A DNA stretch of 64,000 nt from an uncultured Solirubrobacterales bacterium (GTDB lineage Bacteria; Actinomycetota; Thermoleophilia; Solirubrobacterales; 70-9): NCBI GenBank assembly GCA_963705635.1, contig CAVPKH010000001.1, positions 594,395-658,394 of the forward strand, written 5' to 3'. This document shows, one piece after another, positions 29,372-40,057 of the stretch (positions are counted from its first letter, which is position 1; every line of letters starts with the position of its first letter). The notes beneath the pieces are model-generated. The model was not told the origin of the DNA. It did no database searches and saw only the letters and a program-made list of their open reading frames with translations. A program made the position numbers and the translations under genes.

Positions 29372-29743
29372 ATGGGACAGCCAGTGGTCCATTTCGAGGT
29401 CGTTGGTCGCGACGGCGAGAAGCTGCAGAGCTACTACGCCGAGCTCTTTGACTGGAAGGTCGATGCCGGCAACGAGATGAAATACGGCCTGGTCGATCGC
29501 GAGGCCAACTCCAACGCCGAAGGCATCGGCCTTGGCGGCGGCATCGGCCAAGGCCCCGAGGGCTACGACGGCCACGTCACCTTTTACGTCGAAGTCCCCA
29601 GCGTCGAGGAGGCCCTGAGCAAGGCCGAGGCGCTCGGCGGCACCCGCGTGATGGGCCCCGAGACGATCATGGGCCGCATGGTCCTCGGCCAGCTGGCCGA
29701 CCCGGAGGGCAACGTGATCGGCCTGATCGAGGGCGGCTCTTAG
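29372..29743 (+). CDS. VOC (glyoxalase/bleomycin-resistance fold) family protein
   Basis: ATG 29372 is preceded by gaggag: MGQPVVHFEVVGRDGEKLQSYYAELFDW...LADPEGNVIGLIE. Confidence 0.7.
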   Translation: MGQPVVHFEVVGRDGEKLQSYYAELFDWKVDAGNEMKYGLVDREANSNAEGIGLGGGIGQGPEGYDGHVTFYVEVPSVEEALSKAEALGGTRVMGPETIMGRMVLGQLADPEGNVIGLIEGGS

Positions 29744-29859
29744 CGGCCGTCGCGAGGTGGGCCAGAGGTTTTTGGCCGGTCGCGCGGCCTCGGAGAGGTC
29801 GCGTGGCTCGGTTCACACGAGCTAGTGTCGGCTGGCCGTTCATTGGGCACGAATGCCCT

Positions 29860-30360
29860 ATGATCGAATGCGTGAAATATTTTGTACTAGTCCTTGCTTT
29901 TTGCCTATCGGCCGGTCTCGTCGCCTGTGGCGGCGAGAGCTCGTCCGGCGCCCAGTCCGGGCCCGACCTGACCGAGGTAGCCGGGGTGCCCAACCCCCCG
30001 AACATTCAGCTTCCACCTGGTCCGGCCCCGAAGAAGCTCATCGTCAAGGACCTCAAGGTGGGGCCTGGGGCCGTTGTGAAACAGGAGGAGCTGCTTCGGG
30101 TGCAATACGTCGATGCCGCTTACCCCACCGGTCACACTTACGAAGTTCGCTGGAGGGGAGACCACGACAAACCCATCTCCTTCGTACTCGGCGCCGGCTC
30201 GGTCAACAAAGGCTGGGAAATCGGCCTGAAAGGAATGAAAGTGGGGGGTCGTCGAGAACTGCGCGTTCCCGAGAGGCTCTCCATCGTTGGAATCAGCAAG
30301 GTCTACGTGGTCGAATTGCTCGCGATCGAGGCGGGAGCCGGCTCCGGCGCTCAGAGCTGA
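29860..30360 (+). CDS. Divergent FKBP-type peptidyl-prolyl isomerase lipoprotein (paralogue)
   Basis: ATG 29860 gives MIECVKYFVLVLAFCLSAGLVAC (lipobox). FKBP core: GSVNKGWEIGLKGMKVGGRRELRVP. Third codon positions are noticeably less G/C-rich than in neighbouring genes. Confidence 0.75.
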   Translation: MIECVKYFVLVLAFCLSAGLVACGGESSSGAQSGPDLTEVAGVPNPPNIQLPPGPAPKKLIVKDLKVGPGAVVKQEELLRVQYVDAAYPTGHTYEVRWRGDHDKPISFVLGAGSVNKGWEIGLKGMKVGGRRELRVPERLSIVGISKVYVVELLAIEAGAGSGAQS

Positions 30361-30401
30361 GCGAGCAGTTTGCCCTTTCGGCAGGCCGCTCTTAGCCAGC
30401 G

Positions 30402-31790
30402 TCAGCTGAGCTTGGGGCTGCGCCAGGGCTGGCCGAGGCGGGTGGCCAGATCGTCGGCGAGGCCGGCGATCGGGACTCGTGTCTGCTCGAGGGAGTCGCG
30501 GTCGCGGAGGGTGACGGTGTCGTCTTCCATCGTCTGGTGGTCGACGGTGATGCCCCAGGGGGTGCCGATCTCGTCCTGGCGGCGGTAGCGCTTGCCGATC
30601 GAGCCGCCCTCGTCGAACTCGGCCGGCATGCGGGCGCGCAGCTCTTTGAAGATCTCGCGGGCCTTCTCCGGCATGCCCTCCTTGGAGACGAGGGGGAGGA
30701 CCGCGACCTTGTTCGGGGCGAGGCGGGGGTGGAGGCGCAGCACGGTGCGCTGGCGGCCCTCGATCTCCTCGACCTCGTAGGCGTCGACGAGGAAGGCGAG
30801 GGTGGCGCGATCGGCGCCTGCGGCCGGCTCGATCACGTGGGGGACGTAGCGCTCTTTGGTCTGCTGATCGAAGTACTCGAGCTTCTCGCCGCTGAACTCG
30901 GCGTGCTGTTTGAGGTCGAAGTCGCCGCGGTTGGCGATCCCCTCCAGCTCCGACCAGCCGATCGGGAAGAGGTACTCGACGTCGCTGGTGCCCGATGAGT
31001 AGTGGGAGAGCTCGTCGGCGTCGTGGGGGCGGACGCGGAGGAAGTCGGGGCGGATGCCAAGCTCGGTGTACCAGCGCTCGCGCTCCCCGATCCAGGTCTC
31101 GTACCAGCGGCCCGCCTCCTCGGGCGGGACGAAGAACTCCATCTCCATCTGCTCGAACTCGCGGGTGCGGAAGATGAAGTTGCCCGGGGTGATCTCGTTG
31201 CGGAAGGACTTGCCGATCTGGGCGATGCCGAAGGGCGGCTTCTTGCGGGCGAAGCTGAGCACGTTCTTGAAGTTGATGAAGATGCCCTGCGCCGTCTCCG
31301 GCCGCAGGTAGACCTCGGAGCCCTCACCGGCGACCGGGCCGACGTGGGTCTCGAACATCAGGTTGAACTGGCGCGGCTCGGAGAGCTCGCCGCCGCACTG
31401 TGGGCAGCGCAGCTCCGCCTCCGGGTCGCCGCCCTCGGCCTCGACCGCCTCGCGCAGGTGGTCCTCGCGCCAGCGCTTCTTGCACTTGCCGAGGCACTGC
31501 ACGAGCGGATCGGTGAATCCCTCGAGATGGCCCGAGGCCTCCCAGACCTGCGGGTGCTGGAGGATCGCCGAGTCGAGGGCGACGATGTCGTCGCGCTCTG
31601 CAAGCATGGCCCGCCACCACTCGGCCTTGACGTTGTTCTTGAGCAGCACGCCGTAGTGGCCGTAGTCGTAGGTCGAGCCGAGGCCTCCGTAGATCTCCGA
31701 GGAGGGAAAGACGAAGCCGCGCCGCTTGCAGAGGGCGACGATCTCCTCCATCGAGACCTCGGTTGGGCGCTTTTCCTCTGCTGCGGGCAT
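30402..31790 (-). CDS. glyQS: Glycine--tRNA ligase (dimeric class II type)
   Basis: Track ORF of 462 aa: RRGFVFPSSEIYGG, WREDHL, FRNEITPGNFIFRTREFEQMEMEFF. Confidence 0.93.
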   Translation of the reverse strand: MPAAEEKRPTEVSMEEIVALCKRRGFVFPSSEIYGGLGSTYDYGHYGVLLKNNVKAEWWRAMLAERDDIVALDSAILQHPQVWEASGHLEGFTDPLVQCLGKCKKRWREDHLREAVEAEGGDPEAELRCPQCGGELSEPRQFNLMFETHVGPVAGEGSEVYLRPETAQGIFINFKNVLSFARKKPPFGIAQIGKSFRNEITPGNFIFRTREFEQMEMEFFVPPEEAGRWYETWIGERERWYTELGIRPDFLRVRPHDADELSHYSSGTSDVEYLFPIGWSELEGIANRGDFDLKQHAEFSGEKLEYFDQQTKERYVPHVIEPAAGADRATLAFLVDAYEVEEIEGRQRTVLRLHPRLAPNKVAVLPLVSKEGMPEKAREIFKELRARMPAEFDEGGSIGKRYRRQDEIGTPWGITVDHQTMEDDTVTLRDRDSLEQTRVPIAGLADDLATRLGQPWRSPKLS

Positions 31791-31873
31791 CGGGGGAACC
31801 GTATAGAGGCGACGCCCCCCGGGTGCGCCTGGCGCGCGCTTCGCCGCGGCCGGCTGCGATAATCGCCCGTCCC

Positions 31874-32197
31874 GTGCCGATCTACGAGTACAAATGCGAC
31901 AACGGACACGTCTTCGACGTGATCCAGCGGATGAGCGACGAGGCGCTGACCGAGTGCCAGGAGTGCGATGCCCCAGCCGTTCGCGTCCTGCACCCGGTTG
32001 CCGTCCACTTCAAGGGCTCCGGCTTCTACAACACCGACTACGGCAAGAAGAAGAAGGGCGCCGCCGCAAACGGCGGATCGTCAGAGGGCTCTGGCGACGC
32101 AAAGGGCTCCAGCGACTCGCAGGATTCGGGTGACTCGAAGCCCTCGTCGGAGTCCAAGCCGAGCGACCCCAAGCCCAAGGCCCCCACACCCGACTGA
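31874..32197 (+). CDS. FmdB-family zinc-ribbon protein with a low-complexity Ser/Gly/Lys tail
   Basis: GTG 31874 within track ORF 31763..32197(+): PIYEYKCDNGHVFDVIQRMSDEALTECQECDAPAVRVL. Confidence 0.8.
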   Translation: MPIYEYKCDNGHVFDVIQRMSDEALTECQECDAPAVRVLHPVAVHFKGSGFYNTDYGKKKKGAAANGGSSEGSGDAKGSSDSQDSGDSKPSSESKPSDPKPKAPTPD

Positions 32198-32198
32198 G

Positions 32199-32244
32199 CG
32201 AGTGGTCACTTAGGCCGGCCATGGCCGGCCTAAGTGACCACTCG
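32199..32244. repeat. Perfect 46-bp palindrome (copy 1 of 2)
   Basis: cgagtggtcacttaggccggccat|atggccggcctaagtgaccactcg; I checked it base by base. It lies between the convergent stop codons at 32197 and 32254. Confidence 0.85.
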
Positions 32245-32253
32245 GCGGAGCGG

Positions 32254-33498
32254 TTAGCCGGTGAGCAGGCGGTCCACTGCTCGGCGGCGGGTTGCCTCGG
32301 GCACTACAACGCTGCCTTCGGGGCCTTCGGGGTCGCAGCCCGAGTGGGCGCCGGCGCAGAGCACGTCGGTGGGGGCGCTGCCGCCGATCGCGGCGGAGAG
32401 GACCAGCTGCGGCATGGTCAGGAAGCCCATGTCGCTGACGAAGGCCTTGGGCGCGTCCCAGCCGATGATCGGGCCGTGGATGAAGTTGTAGGGGAGGCGG
32501 AGCGGGTCGGTGAGGCGGTCTTTGATGCCGTTGATCACCGCCTGTTGGGCCTGGGCGCGCTTGAAGTCGTTGTAGCCGAAGGAGAAGGCGCTCTTGCCGA
32601 GGCCGGGGCATTCGACCGGCTCGCGGGTGCGGGCGTAGGCGAGGGCCTTTTCGCCGTTGAGCGTGTTCTCGCCCCTTGCCAGCCGCAGGCTGACCCCGCC
32701 CTGGCCGCCGCCGGCGCCGCCGGAGATGTCGGCGCAGAGCTTGTGAGGGAGGTCGACCTTGATCCCGCCGACCGCGTCGATCAGCTTTTCGAAGCCGGTG
32801 AAGTCGACGATCGCGACGTGGTCTACCTCGATGTCGAGGAAGTTCTCGACCGCTTCGATCTCGGCCTTGGCGCCGCCGAAGGTGTAGGCGGCGTTGATTT
32901 TCTGCGGGCTCTGGCCGGGGATTTCGGCGTAGCTGTCGCGCGGGATCGAGAGTTTGCGGAAGGCGCCGCCGCCGGCGCGGATCAGCATCAGCGTGTCGGC
33001 CCGGTATTCACCGGCTTCGCAGCCGTCGTGCGGAGCGTCGCCGTGCGACTGCTGCTCGAAGCACTTCTGCGAGTGGGGGGCGCCGGGCTCCTTGGTATCG
33101 GGCGGCCGGGCATCGGTGCCGAGAACGAGGATCGTCTGCGCGCTCGGCAGCAGCAGCGGGTTGCCGTGCAGCGCGTCCTTTGCTTCGCCGGAGAGCTTGA
33201 AGGACTGCAGCTGGGCGGAGACGGCGAAGGCGAGGAAGCTGAGCAGGACCCAGCCCAGCGCCGCCAGCCCGACCCACTTGAGCACGCGCTTGCCGGTCCA
33301 GCGACGCGGTGGACCGGGCCGCTCGGGGCGGTCTGGCCGCTCCCCCTTGGGGCGTCGCCACCACTTCGGCGCACGCGGCGTCCGCTCTCTGAGTCCTGAG
33401 AGATCGGGGGACCGCAACCCGGACAAGCGGCCCTTCCGGGACCGGTAGACCTTGTACTCGGGCGGCCCGGAGGGCTGCTGCTCGCCATTGTCGGCCAT
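32254..33498 (-). CDS. LytR-CpsA-Psr (LCP) family cell-envelope transferase
   Basis: Track ORF of 414 aa with an N-terminal basic region, a TM helix, and ILVLGTD...RADTLMLIR...SIPRDS...INAAY. Confidence 0.85.
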   Translation of the reverse strand: MADNGEQQPSGPPEYKVYRSRKGRLSGLRSPDLSGLRERTPRAPKWWRRPKGERPDRPERPGPPRRWTGKRVLKWVGLAALGWVLLSFLAFAVSAQLQSFKLSGEAKDALHGNPLLLPSAQTILVLGTDARPPDTKEPGAPHSQKCFEQQSHGDAPHDGCEAGEYRADTLMLIRAGGGAFRKLSIPRDSYAEIPGQSPQKINAAYTFGGAKAEIEAVENFLDIEVDHVAIVDFTGFEKLIDAVGGIKVDLPHKLCADISGGAGGGQGGVSLRLARGENTLNGEKALAYARTREPVECPGLGKSAFSFGYNDFKRAQAQQAVINGIKDRLTDPLRLPYNFIHGPIIGWDAPKAFVSDMGFLTMPQLVLSAAIGGSAPTDVLCAGAHSGCDPEGPEGSVVVPEATRRRAVDRLLTG

Positions 33499-33563
33499 GA
33501 AAGACTGCGGAGAATCATGCCGATGCCCGCGGTCGTCCGCCTCCAGCCCTCCTCGAAGCTCGC

Positions 33564-34517
33564 ATGAGTGCAGGGGAAATCGTCGGCGTCGACCTGGGCG
33601 GGACGAAGATGCTGCTCGGCGTCCTCGATCCGGATTCGAAGGTGCTCTGGGAGAGCCGCGAGGCCTCGACCGGGCAGACCGAGGACGAGCTGGTCGAGCT
33701 TTTGGTGCGCGAGATCGGCGAGGCGCATGCCGCCCGCCCGGCCGCGGCCGCGGTCGGTCTCGGCGTCCCGGCGACGATCAATCACGACAAGGGCATCGCG
33801 GTCAGCGCCGTCAACCTGCCGCTGGAGGACGTGCCGATCCGCGACCTGATCGGCGAGCGCACCGGCCTGCCGGCCTTCGTCGACAACGACGCCACCGTGG
33901 CCGCCCTTGCCGAGCACCTCTACGGCGCCGCCCGCGGCGCCGAGAACGCGGTGATGCTAACGATCGGAACTGGGATCGGCGGCGGCCTGATCCTCGGCGG
34001 CGAGGTCTACCGCGGCAGCACCGGGGCCGGGGCTGAGCTCGGCCACACGGTGATCGCGATCGACGGGCCGCCCTGCCAGGGCAACTGCCCCGGGCGCGGC
34101 TGTGTCGAGACCCTGGCGTCCGGTACCGCGCTGGGGCGCGAGGGCCGGGCCGCCGCCGCGCGCGAGCCCGACTCGGTCCTGGGGCAGATGGCGGCCGACG
34201 GCCACGAGGTCGACGGCAAGGCGGTGACCGAGGCCGCGCTCGGCGGCGACGCGACCGCGATCGGCGTCTTCGACCTGATCGGCACCCGGCTCGGCGCCGC
34301 CCTGACCAGCTTCGCCAACATCTTCGAGCCCGAGGTCTTCGTCATCGGTGGCGGCGTGATCGCCGCCGGCGACCTGCTGCTCGATCCCGCTCGCCGCGAG
34401 CTGGAGGCGCGGGCATTGCCACCGATGAAGCGGACCCCCGTCGTCGCCGCCGAGCTGGGGCCCGACGCCGGCATGATCGGCGCCGCGGCGATGGCGCGGA
34501 TCGAGCTTGAGAGATGA
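33564..34517 (+). CDS. ROK family sugar kinase (glucokinase-like)
   Basis: Track ORF of 317 aa: VGVDLGGTKM, GIGGGLILGG, and a CxGxC-type zinc motif (PPCQGNCPGRGCVE). Confidence 0.85.
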   Translation: MSAGEIVGVDLGGTKMLLGVLDPDSKVLWESREASTGQTEDELVELLVREIGEAHAARPAAAAVGLGVPATINHDKGIAVSAVNLPLEDVPIRDLIGERTGLPAFVDNDATVAALAEHLYGAARGAENAVMLTIGTGIGGGLILGGEVYRGSTGAGAELGHTVIAIDGPPCQGNCPGRGCVETLASGTALGREGRAAAAREPDSVLGQMAADGHEVDGKAVTEAALGGDATAIGVFDLIGTRLGAALTSFANIFEPEVFVIGGGVIAAGDLLLDPARRELEARALPPMKRTPVVAAELGPDAGMIGAAAMARIELER

Positions 34518-34676
34518 CCGACCGACAATTCACGCACCCACGGATGACGCGCCTGGCGCGGCGCTGGATCGGCACTCACGGCCTTGTGCGTAGCGCCGCT
34601 GCGCGCACCGCCCGCGCGCACCGCCCAGCTTGGCCAGTCGTGCCCCCGCGAGCACGGCAATTGTGGATCGGTCATC
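34513..34676. repeat. Intergenic mosaic palindromic element (ROK / rsmI spacer)
   Basis: Imperfect 18-nt arms gatgaccgaccgacaatt / aattgtggatcggtcatc; the left arm contains the ROK TGA. It shares cacgcacccacggatgacgc and the gtgcccccgcgagcacgg-type block with the 16.9 kb element. Confidence 0.55.
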
Positions 34677-34695
34677 TGGAGCAGGGGAGGGGCTG

Positions 34696-35523
34696 ATGCC
34701 GGGCGAGCTGATCGTCTGCCCGACCCCGATCGGCAACCTCGACGACATCACGCTCCGGGTCCGCGACGCCCTCGTCGCCGCCGACTGGATCGCCTGCGAG
34801 GACACCCGCCGCACCGGCGGCCTGCTCGACAAGCTCGGCATCCGCCCGGCGCCGCCGCTGGTCTCCAACCACGAGGGCAACGAAGCCGCCCGCGCGACCG
34901 AGCTGGCGCAGAAGATCGAGCGCGGCGATACGGTCGCCCTGGTCTCCGACGCTGGCATGCCGGGGGTCTCGGACCCCGGCTTCCGGCTGATCCGCCGCTG
35001 CCTCGAGCGCGACCTCGACGTGACCGTGCTGCCGGGCCCCTCGGTGGTCCCGGTCGCCCTCGTCGCTTCCGGCCTGCCGACCGACCGCTGGCGCTTCGAG
35101 GGCTTCCTGCCCAAGCGCTCCGGTGAGATGGAGCGGGTGCTGCGCTCGGCCGAGACCGTGATCGCCTTCGAGTCGCCGCGCCGGGTCGGCGAGTCCCTGG
35201 CGGCGCTGGCGGCGATCGCCCCTGACCGCCCCGCCGCCGTCTGCCGCGAGATGACGAAGATGCACGAGGAGGTCTCGCGCGGCTCGCTGGCCGAACTGGC
35301 GCGGCGCTTCCGCGGCGACGTCAAGGGCGAGATCGTGCTGGTGATCGGGCCGGCCGCCGCGGAGGACCACGACCGCGACGTCGGCTTTGCCGTCGACGCG
35401 CTGCGCCACCTGGTCCAGTCGGGGGCGCGCCCGCGCGCCGCGGCCAGCGTCGTCGCCGCCCTCACCGGCACCCGCGCCAATGACCTCTACCGGGCGCTGA
35501 CCGGTCGCGAGCCGCGTAGATAG
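34696..35523 (+). CDS. rsmI: 16S rRNA (cytidine1402-2'-O)-methyltransferase
   Basis: ATG 34696 is preceded by ggggagggg: LIVCPTPIGNLDDITLRVRDAL...IACEDTRRTG. Confidence 0.9.
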   Translation: MPGELIVCPTPIGNLDDITLRVRDALVAADWIACEDTRRTGGLLDKLGIRPAPPLVSNHEGNEAARATELAQKIERGDTVALVSDAGMPGVSDPGFRLIRRCLERDLDVTVLPGPSVVPVALVASGLPTDRWRFEGFLPKRSGEMERVLRSAETVIAFESPRRVGESLAALAAIAPDRPAAVCREMTKMHEEVSRGSLAELARRFRGDVKGEIVLVIGPAAAEDHDRDVGFAVDALRHLVQSGARPRAAASVVAALTGTRANDLYRALTGREPRR

Positions 35524-35533
35524 CCTGGCTCCA

Positions 35534-37038
35534 GTGTCCTTTTACGTAACGACCCCGATCTACTACGTCAACGCCGAGCCCCACCTCGGCCACGCTTACT
35601 CGACGCTGGCGGCCGACGTGCTCGCCCGCCACATGCGCCAGCGCGGCGAGGACGTCTTCTTCCTCACCGGCACCGACGAGCACGGCGAGCCGATCGAGCT
35701 TGCCGCCGAGCGCGAGGGCATCTCGCCGCAGGAGCTGGCGGATCGCAACGCCGCCAGGTTCGAGGCGCTGATGCCGATCATCGACTCGACCAACGACTTC
35801 TTCATTCGCACCTCCGACCCGCGCCACACCGCGAAGGTCGCCGAGATCATGCAGCGGGTCTACGACAACGGCTGGGTCAGCAAGGGGGTCTACGAGGGCT
35901 GGTATTGCCCGCGCTGCGCCGACTTCAAGACCGAGCGTGAGCTCGGCCCGGGCAACACCTGCGCGATCCACGAGATCCCGCTGGAGAAGGTTCGCGAGGA
36001 GAACTGGTTCTTCCGCCTCTCCGCTTTCCAGGAGCGACTCGAAGCTCTGTATGAGGAGCGACCCGACTTCGTCGTCCCCGACTTCCGCCGCAACGAGGCG
36101 GTCTCGTTCATCAAGGGCGGCCTCGAAGACGTCTCGCTCTCGCGGCCGAGCCTGAAGTGGGGCCTGCCACTGCCCTGGGACCCGAGCCAGCGCATGTACG
36201 TCTGGTTTGACGCATTGCTCAACTACGTCACCGCGCTCGGCTTCGCCCGCGAGGGAGAGGACCTGACCGAGCGCTACTGGCCCGCCTCCCTGCACGTGCT
36301 GGGCAAGGACATCCTCAAGTTCCACGCGGTGATCTGGCCGGCGCTGCTCTGGGCCGCCGACCTCGAGCCGCCGCGGCGGATGACGATCCACGGCTACCTG
36401 CTGATGGGCGAGAAGAAGATGTCGAAGTCGCTCGGCAACGTGCTCGACCCCTTCGAGGTGATCGAGCGCTTCGGCGCCGACGCGCTGCGCTTCTACTGCT
36501 TCCGCGAGGTCAGCTTCGGCCAGGACGGCTCGATCTCCACCGCCGGCTTCGAGGCGCGCTACGAGACCGAGCTGGCCAACGACTTCGGCAACCTGGCCAG
36601 CCGCATCCTGGCGATGGTCGAGCGCTACCGCAGCGGCGTCGTGCCGGAGGCCGCGGTCGACGCGGTGCTGGCGGAGGACTTCGAGGGCGTCGTGCCGCGC
36701 TTCTGCGAGCTGCTCGACCGGGCCGAGCTGACCCAGGCGCTGGAGCAGGCCTGGAAGCTGGTGCGGCGGCTCAACCGCTTCGTTGAGGAGACCCAGCCCT
36801 GGGTCCTGGCCAAGGACGAGGCCGATCCCGAGCGCCTCGACGAGGTCCTCTACAACCTGGTCGAGGGCCTGCGGGTGACGACGTTGCTGCTTGCCCCGTA
36901 CCTGCCCCGAAGCAGCGAGAAGCTGCTGGCTGCACTCGGCGAAGGCGGCCGGGAGCTGGCCGAGCTGGGGTCGCGGCCTGGCGGCCAGGCGGTCGAGCGG
37001 ATCCCGGCGCTGTTTCCGAAGATCGAGCCGCCCGCTTG

Positions 37039-37039
<1 letters not shown>
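35534..37039 (+). CDS. metG: Methionine--tRNA ligase
   Basis: Track ORF of 501 aa with HIGH-type PHLGHAYS and a KMSKS motif. Confidence 0.93.
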
Positions 37040-37880
<841 letters not shown>

Positions 37881-37884
<4 letters not shown>

Positions 37885-38753
37885 CTCCCTCGCCCGCCCG
37901 CTCGGCGATGACCGTGATCGCGCTCTCGATGCGCGAGGGGATTCGCCGCCGCGTCTTCGTCGCGGTCCTTGCTCTCACCGTCGCCTTCCTCGCGCTCTAC
38001 GCGCTGGGCGCCCACTTCGTCTTTCGCGATGCGCACGAATTTGCCGGCGGGGAAGCACACATCCTCGATCCCAAGGCCTTCGCCGGCGCCACCATCTTCG
38101 GCCTGGCGATGTTCGCGACGCTTTTCCTCGGCGCCGTGCTCTCGGTCTTCCTCACGCTTGGCGCCGTGCGCGGCGACGCCGAGAGCGGCCTGCTGCAGCC
38201 GATCGTGGTGCGGCCGATCGGCCGCACCACGATGCTGCTGGCGCGCTTCGCCGGCGCGGCGCTGCTGTCGGCCGCCTACGTCGTTCTCGTCTATCTGGTC
38301 GCCTGGGCGATAACCAAGGCGACCGGGGGCTGGTCGCCCGACCACCTCGTCGGCCCGGCCCTGGGCCTCGCCCTGGCGGTCTCGATCATCGCCGCGATCT
38401 CCCTGCTGCTGTCTGTGCTGCTGCCCGCCACCGCCCAGGGGATCGTCGTCTTCATGATCTTCGGCGCCGGGCTCACGGCCGGGCTGCTGGCTCAGATCGG
38501 CCACGCGATCAACTCCGACTCCCTGCACACGATTGGGCGGGTGGCGAGTTGGGCGCTGCCCTTCGAGGGCCTCTACGCAGCTGGCCTGCACGCGCTGATC
38601 TCCGGCACCTCGGGGCTGACCGGGGTGGTTCTCCAGCTTGGCCCCTTCGGCGGCTCGGAGCCGGCCGGGCCCGGACTGATCGCCTGGGCGTTCCTCTACA
38701 TGGCCGGCATCCTGGCGGTCGCCGCCCTGGCCTTCTCCCGGCGCGACCTCTGA
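37881..38753 (+). CDS. ABC-2 type transporter permease
   Basis: Track ORF of 290 aa with six or more hydrophobic helices. It has an ATGA overlap with the ATPase gene. Confidence 0.75.
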
Positions 38754-38754
38754 G

Positions 38755-39921
38755 CTACTTGGCGGCGAGGCAGCCCGGGCCGAGCTGGTCCGGGCTGGTG
38801 TAGCCGCTCAGGGCCATGGTCAGGTCGAACTCGGCCAGGATCATCTTGAGGACCGTTTCAACGCCCGCTTGGCCCTCCAGGGCGAGGCCCCAGACGTAGG
38901 GGCGGCCGAGGCAGACGGCGTCGGCGCCGAGGGCAAGCGCCTTGATCACGTCGCTGCCGCTGCGGATGCCGCTGTCGAAGAGGATCGTCAGATCGTCGCC
39001 GGCCGCCTCGGCGATCGCCGGCAGGGCCTCGAGTGAGCCGATCGCGCCGTCGACCTGGCGGCCGCCGTGGTTGGAGACGACGATGCCGTCGATGCCCCGC
39101 TTGGCGGCTTCGATCGCGTCGTCCGCATGCTGGATCCCCTTGATCACGATCGGCAGCTCGGTCTTTCCGCGCAGCCACTCGAGGTCGTCCCAGCTCAGCG
39201 AGGGATTGGCCTGGATGCCGAGGAAGTGGCCGGTGGCGGCGCCGACGTCCTCCTCGGGAGTGCTCTGCAGGCCGGCGCGGAAGACGGGGTCCTGGAAGTA
39301 GTTGGCGACGCCCACGCCTTCGAGGAACGGCAGCCAGGCCTGCTGTAGATCGCGCGGCTTCCAGCCGGGGACGAAGGTGTCGACGGTGAGGACGATGGCG
39401 CCGTAGCCGGCGGCCTCGGCGCGGGTGACGAGGCTCTCGGCGAGGGCACGGTCGTTGGGCCAGTAGAGCTGGAACCAGCGCGGCGCTTCGCCTCCCGCCG
39501 CCGCGATCTCCTCCAGGGTGAAGGCCGAGGCGGTGCTGGCGATCATCGGCAGGGCGAGGCTTGCGGCGGCGCGCGCGGTTGCCAGCTCGCCGTCCTCGTG
39601 GACGACCTTCTGCACGCCGATTGGAGCCAGCAACAGCGGGGCTGGCATCGTCGTGCCCAGCAGCGTGGTCGAGGGGTCGCGCTCGGCGACGTCGCGCAGC
39701 ATCCGCGGCACTATGCGGTGCTTGCGGAAGGCCTCGCGATTGGCGTCAATCGTGTCCTCGCTGCCGGCGCCGGCGAAGACGTAGTTTGCCGCCCGCTCGT
39801 CCATCGCCTCGGCCGCGCGCCGCTCCAGCTCGGCGATCGAGACCGGTATCGAGGGGGTCTCTCCGCCCAGGCCGCGGGCGTAGATCTCACGGTAGTAATC
39901 GGCGAAGTCGCTCACCGGCAC
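38755..39921 (-). CDS. FMN-dependent alpha-hydroxy-acid oxidising enzyme (lactate 2-monooxygenase/oxidase-like)
   Basis: Track ORF of 388 aa: FRKHRIVPRMLRDV, WFQLYWP, TVDT, VVSNHGGRQVDG. Confidence 0.85.
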   Translation of the reverse strand: MPVSDFADYYREIYARGLGGETPSIPVSIAELERRAAEAMDERAANYVFAGAGSEDTIDANREAFRKHRIVPRMLRDVAERDPSTTLLGTTMPAPLLLAPIGVQKVVHEDGELATARAAASLALPMIASTASAFTLEEIAAAGGEAPRWFQLYWPNDRALAESLVTRAEAAGYGAIVLTVDTFVPGWKPRDLQQAWLPFLEGVGVANYFQDPVFRAGLQSTPEEDVGAATGHFLGIQANPSLSWDDLEWLRGKTELPIVIKGIQHADDAIEAAKRGIDGIVVSNHGGRQVDGAIGSLEALPAIAEAAGDDLTILFDSGIRSGSDVIKALALGADAVCLGRPYVWGLALEGQAGVETVLKMILAEFDLTMALSGYTSPDQLGPGCLAAK

Positions 39922-40057
39922 AGGCTATTTGAGCGGGAGGTGGATCGATACTCCAGGCCGGCCAGGGCGCCTCGGCCGGTCAGACGGGTGCAACCGATCA
40001 GGCCGGATTAGCCGGCCAGCAGGGTCAGCCGGCACGAAAGGCTCGTCCAACGAAGCC

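Noticed and set aside
31791-31873. T-box or other riboswitch leaders upstream of glyQS, metG (35524-35533) or glmU.
   Set aside because: The spacers are too short or lack the specifier and T-box conserved segments I know. I saw nothing resembling a glmS ribozyme or other familiar riboswitch cores. A covariance-model scan would be needed to be certain.
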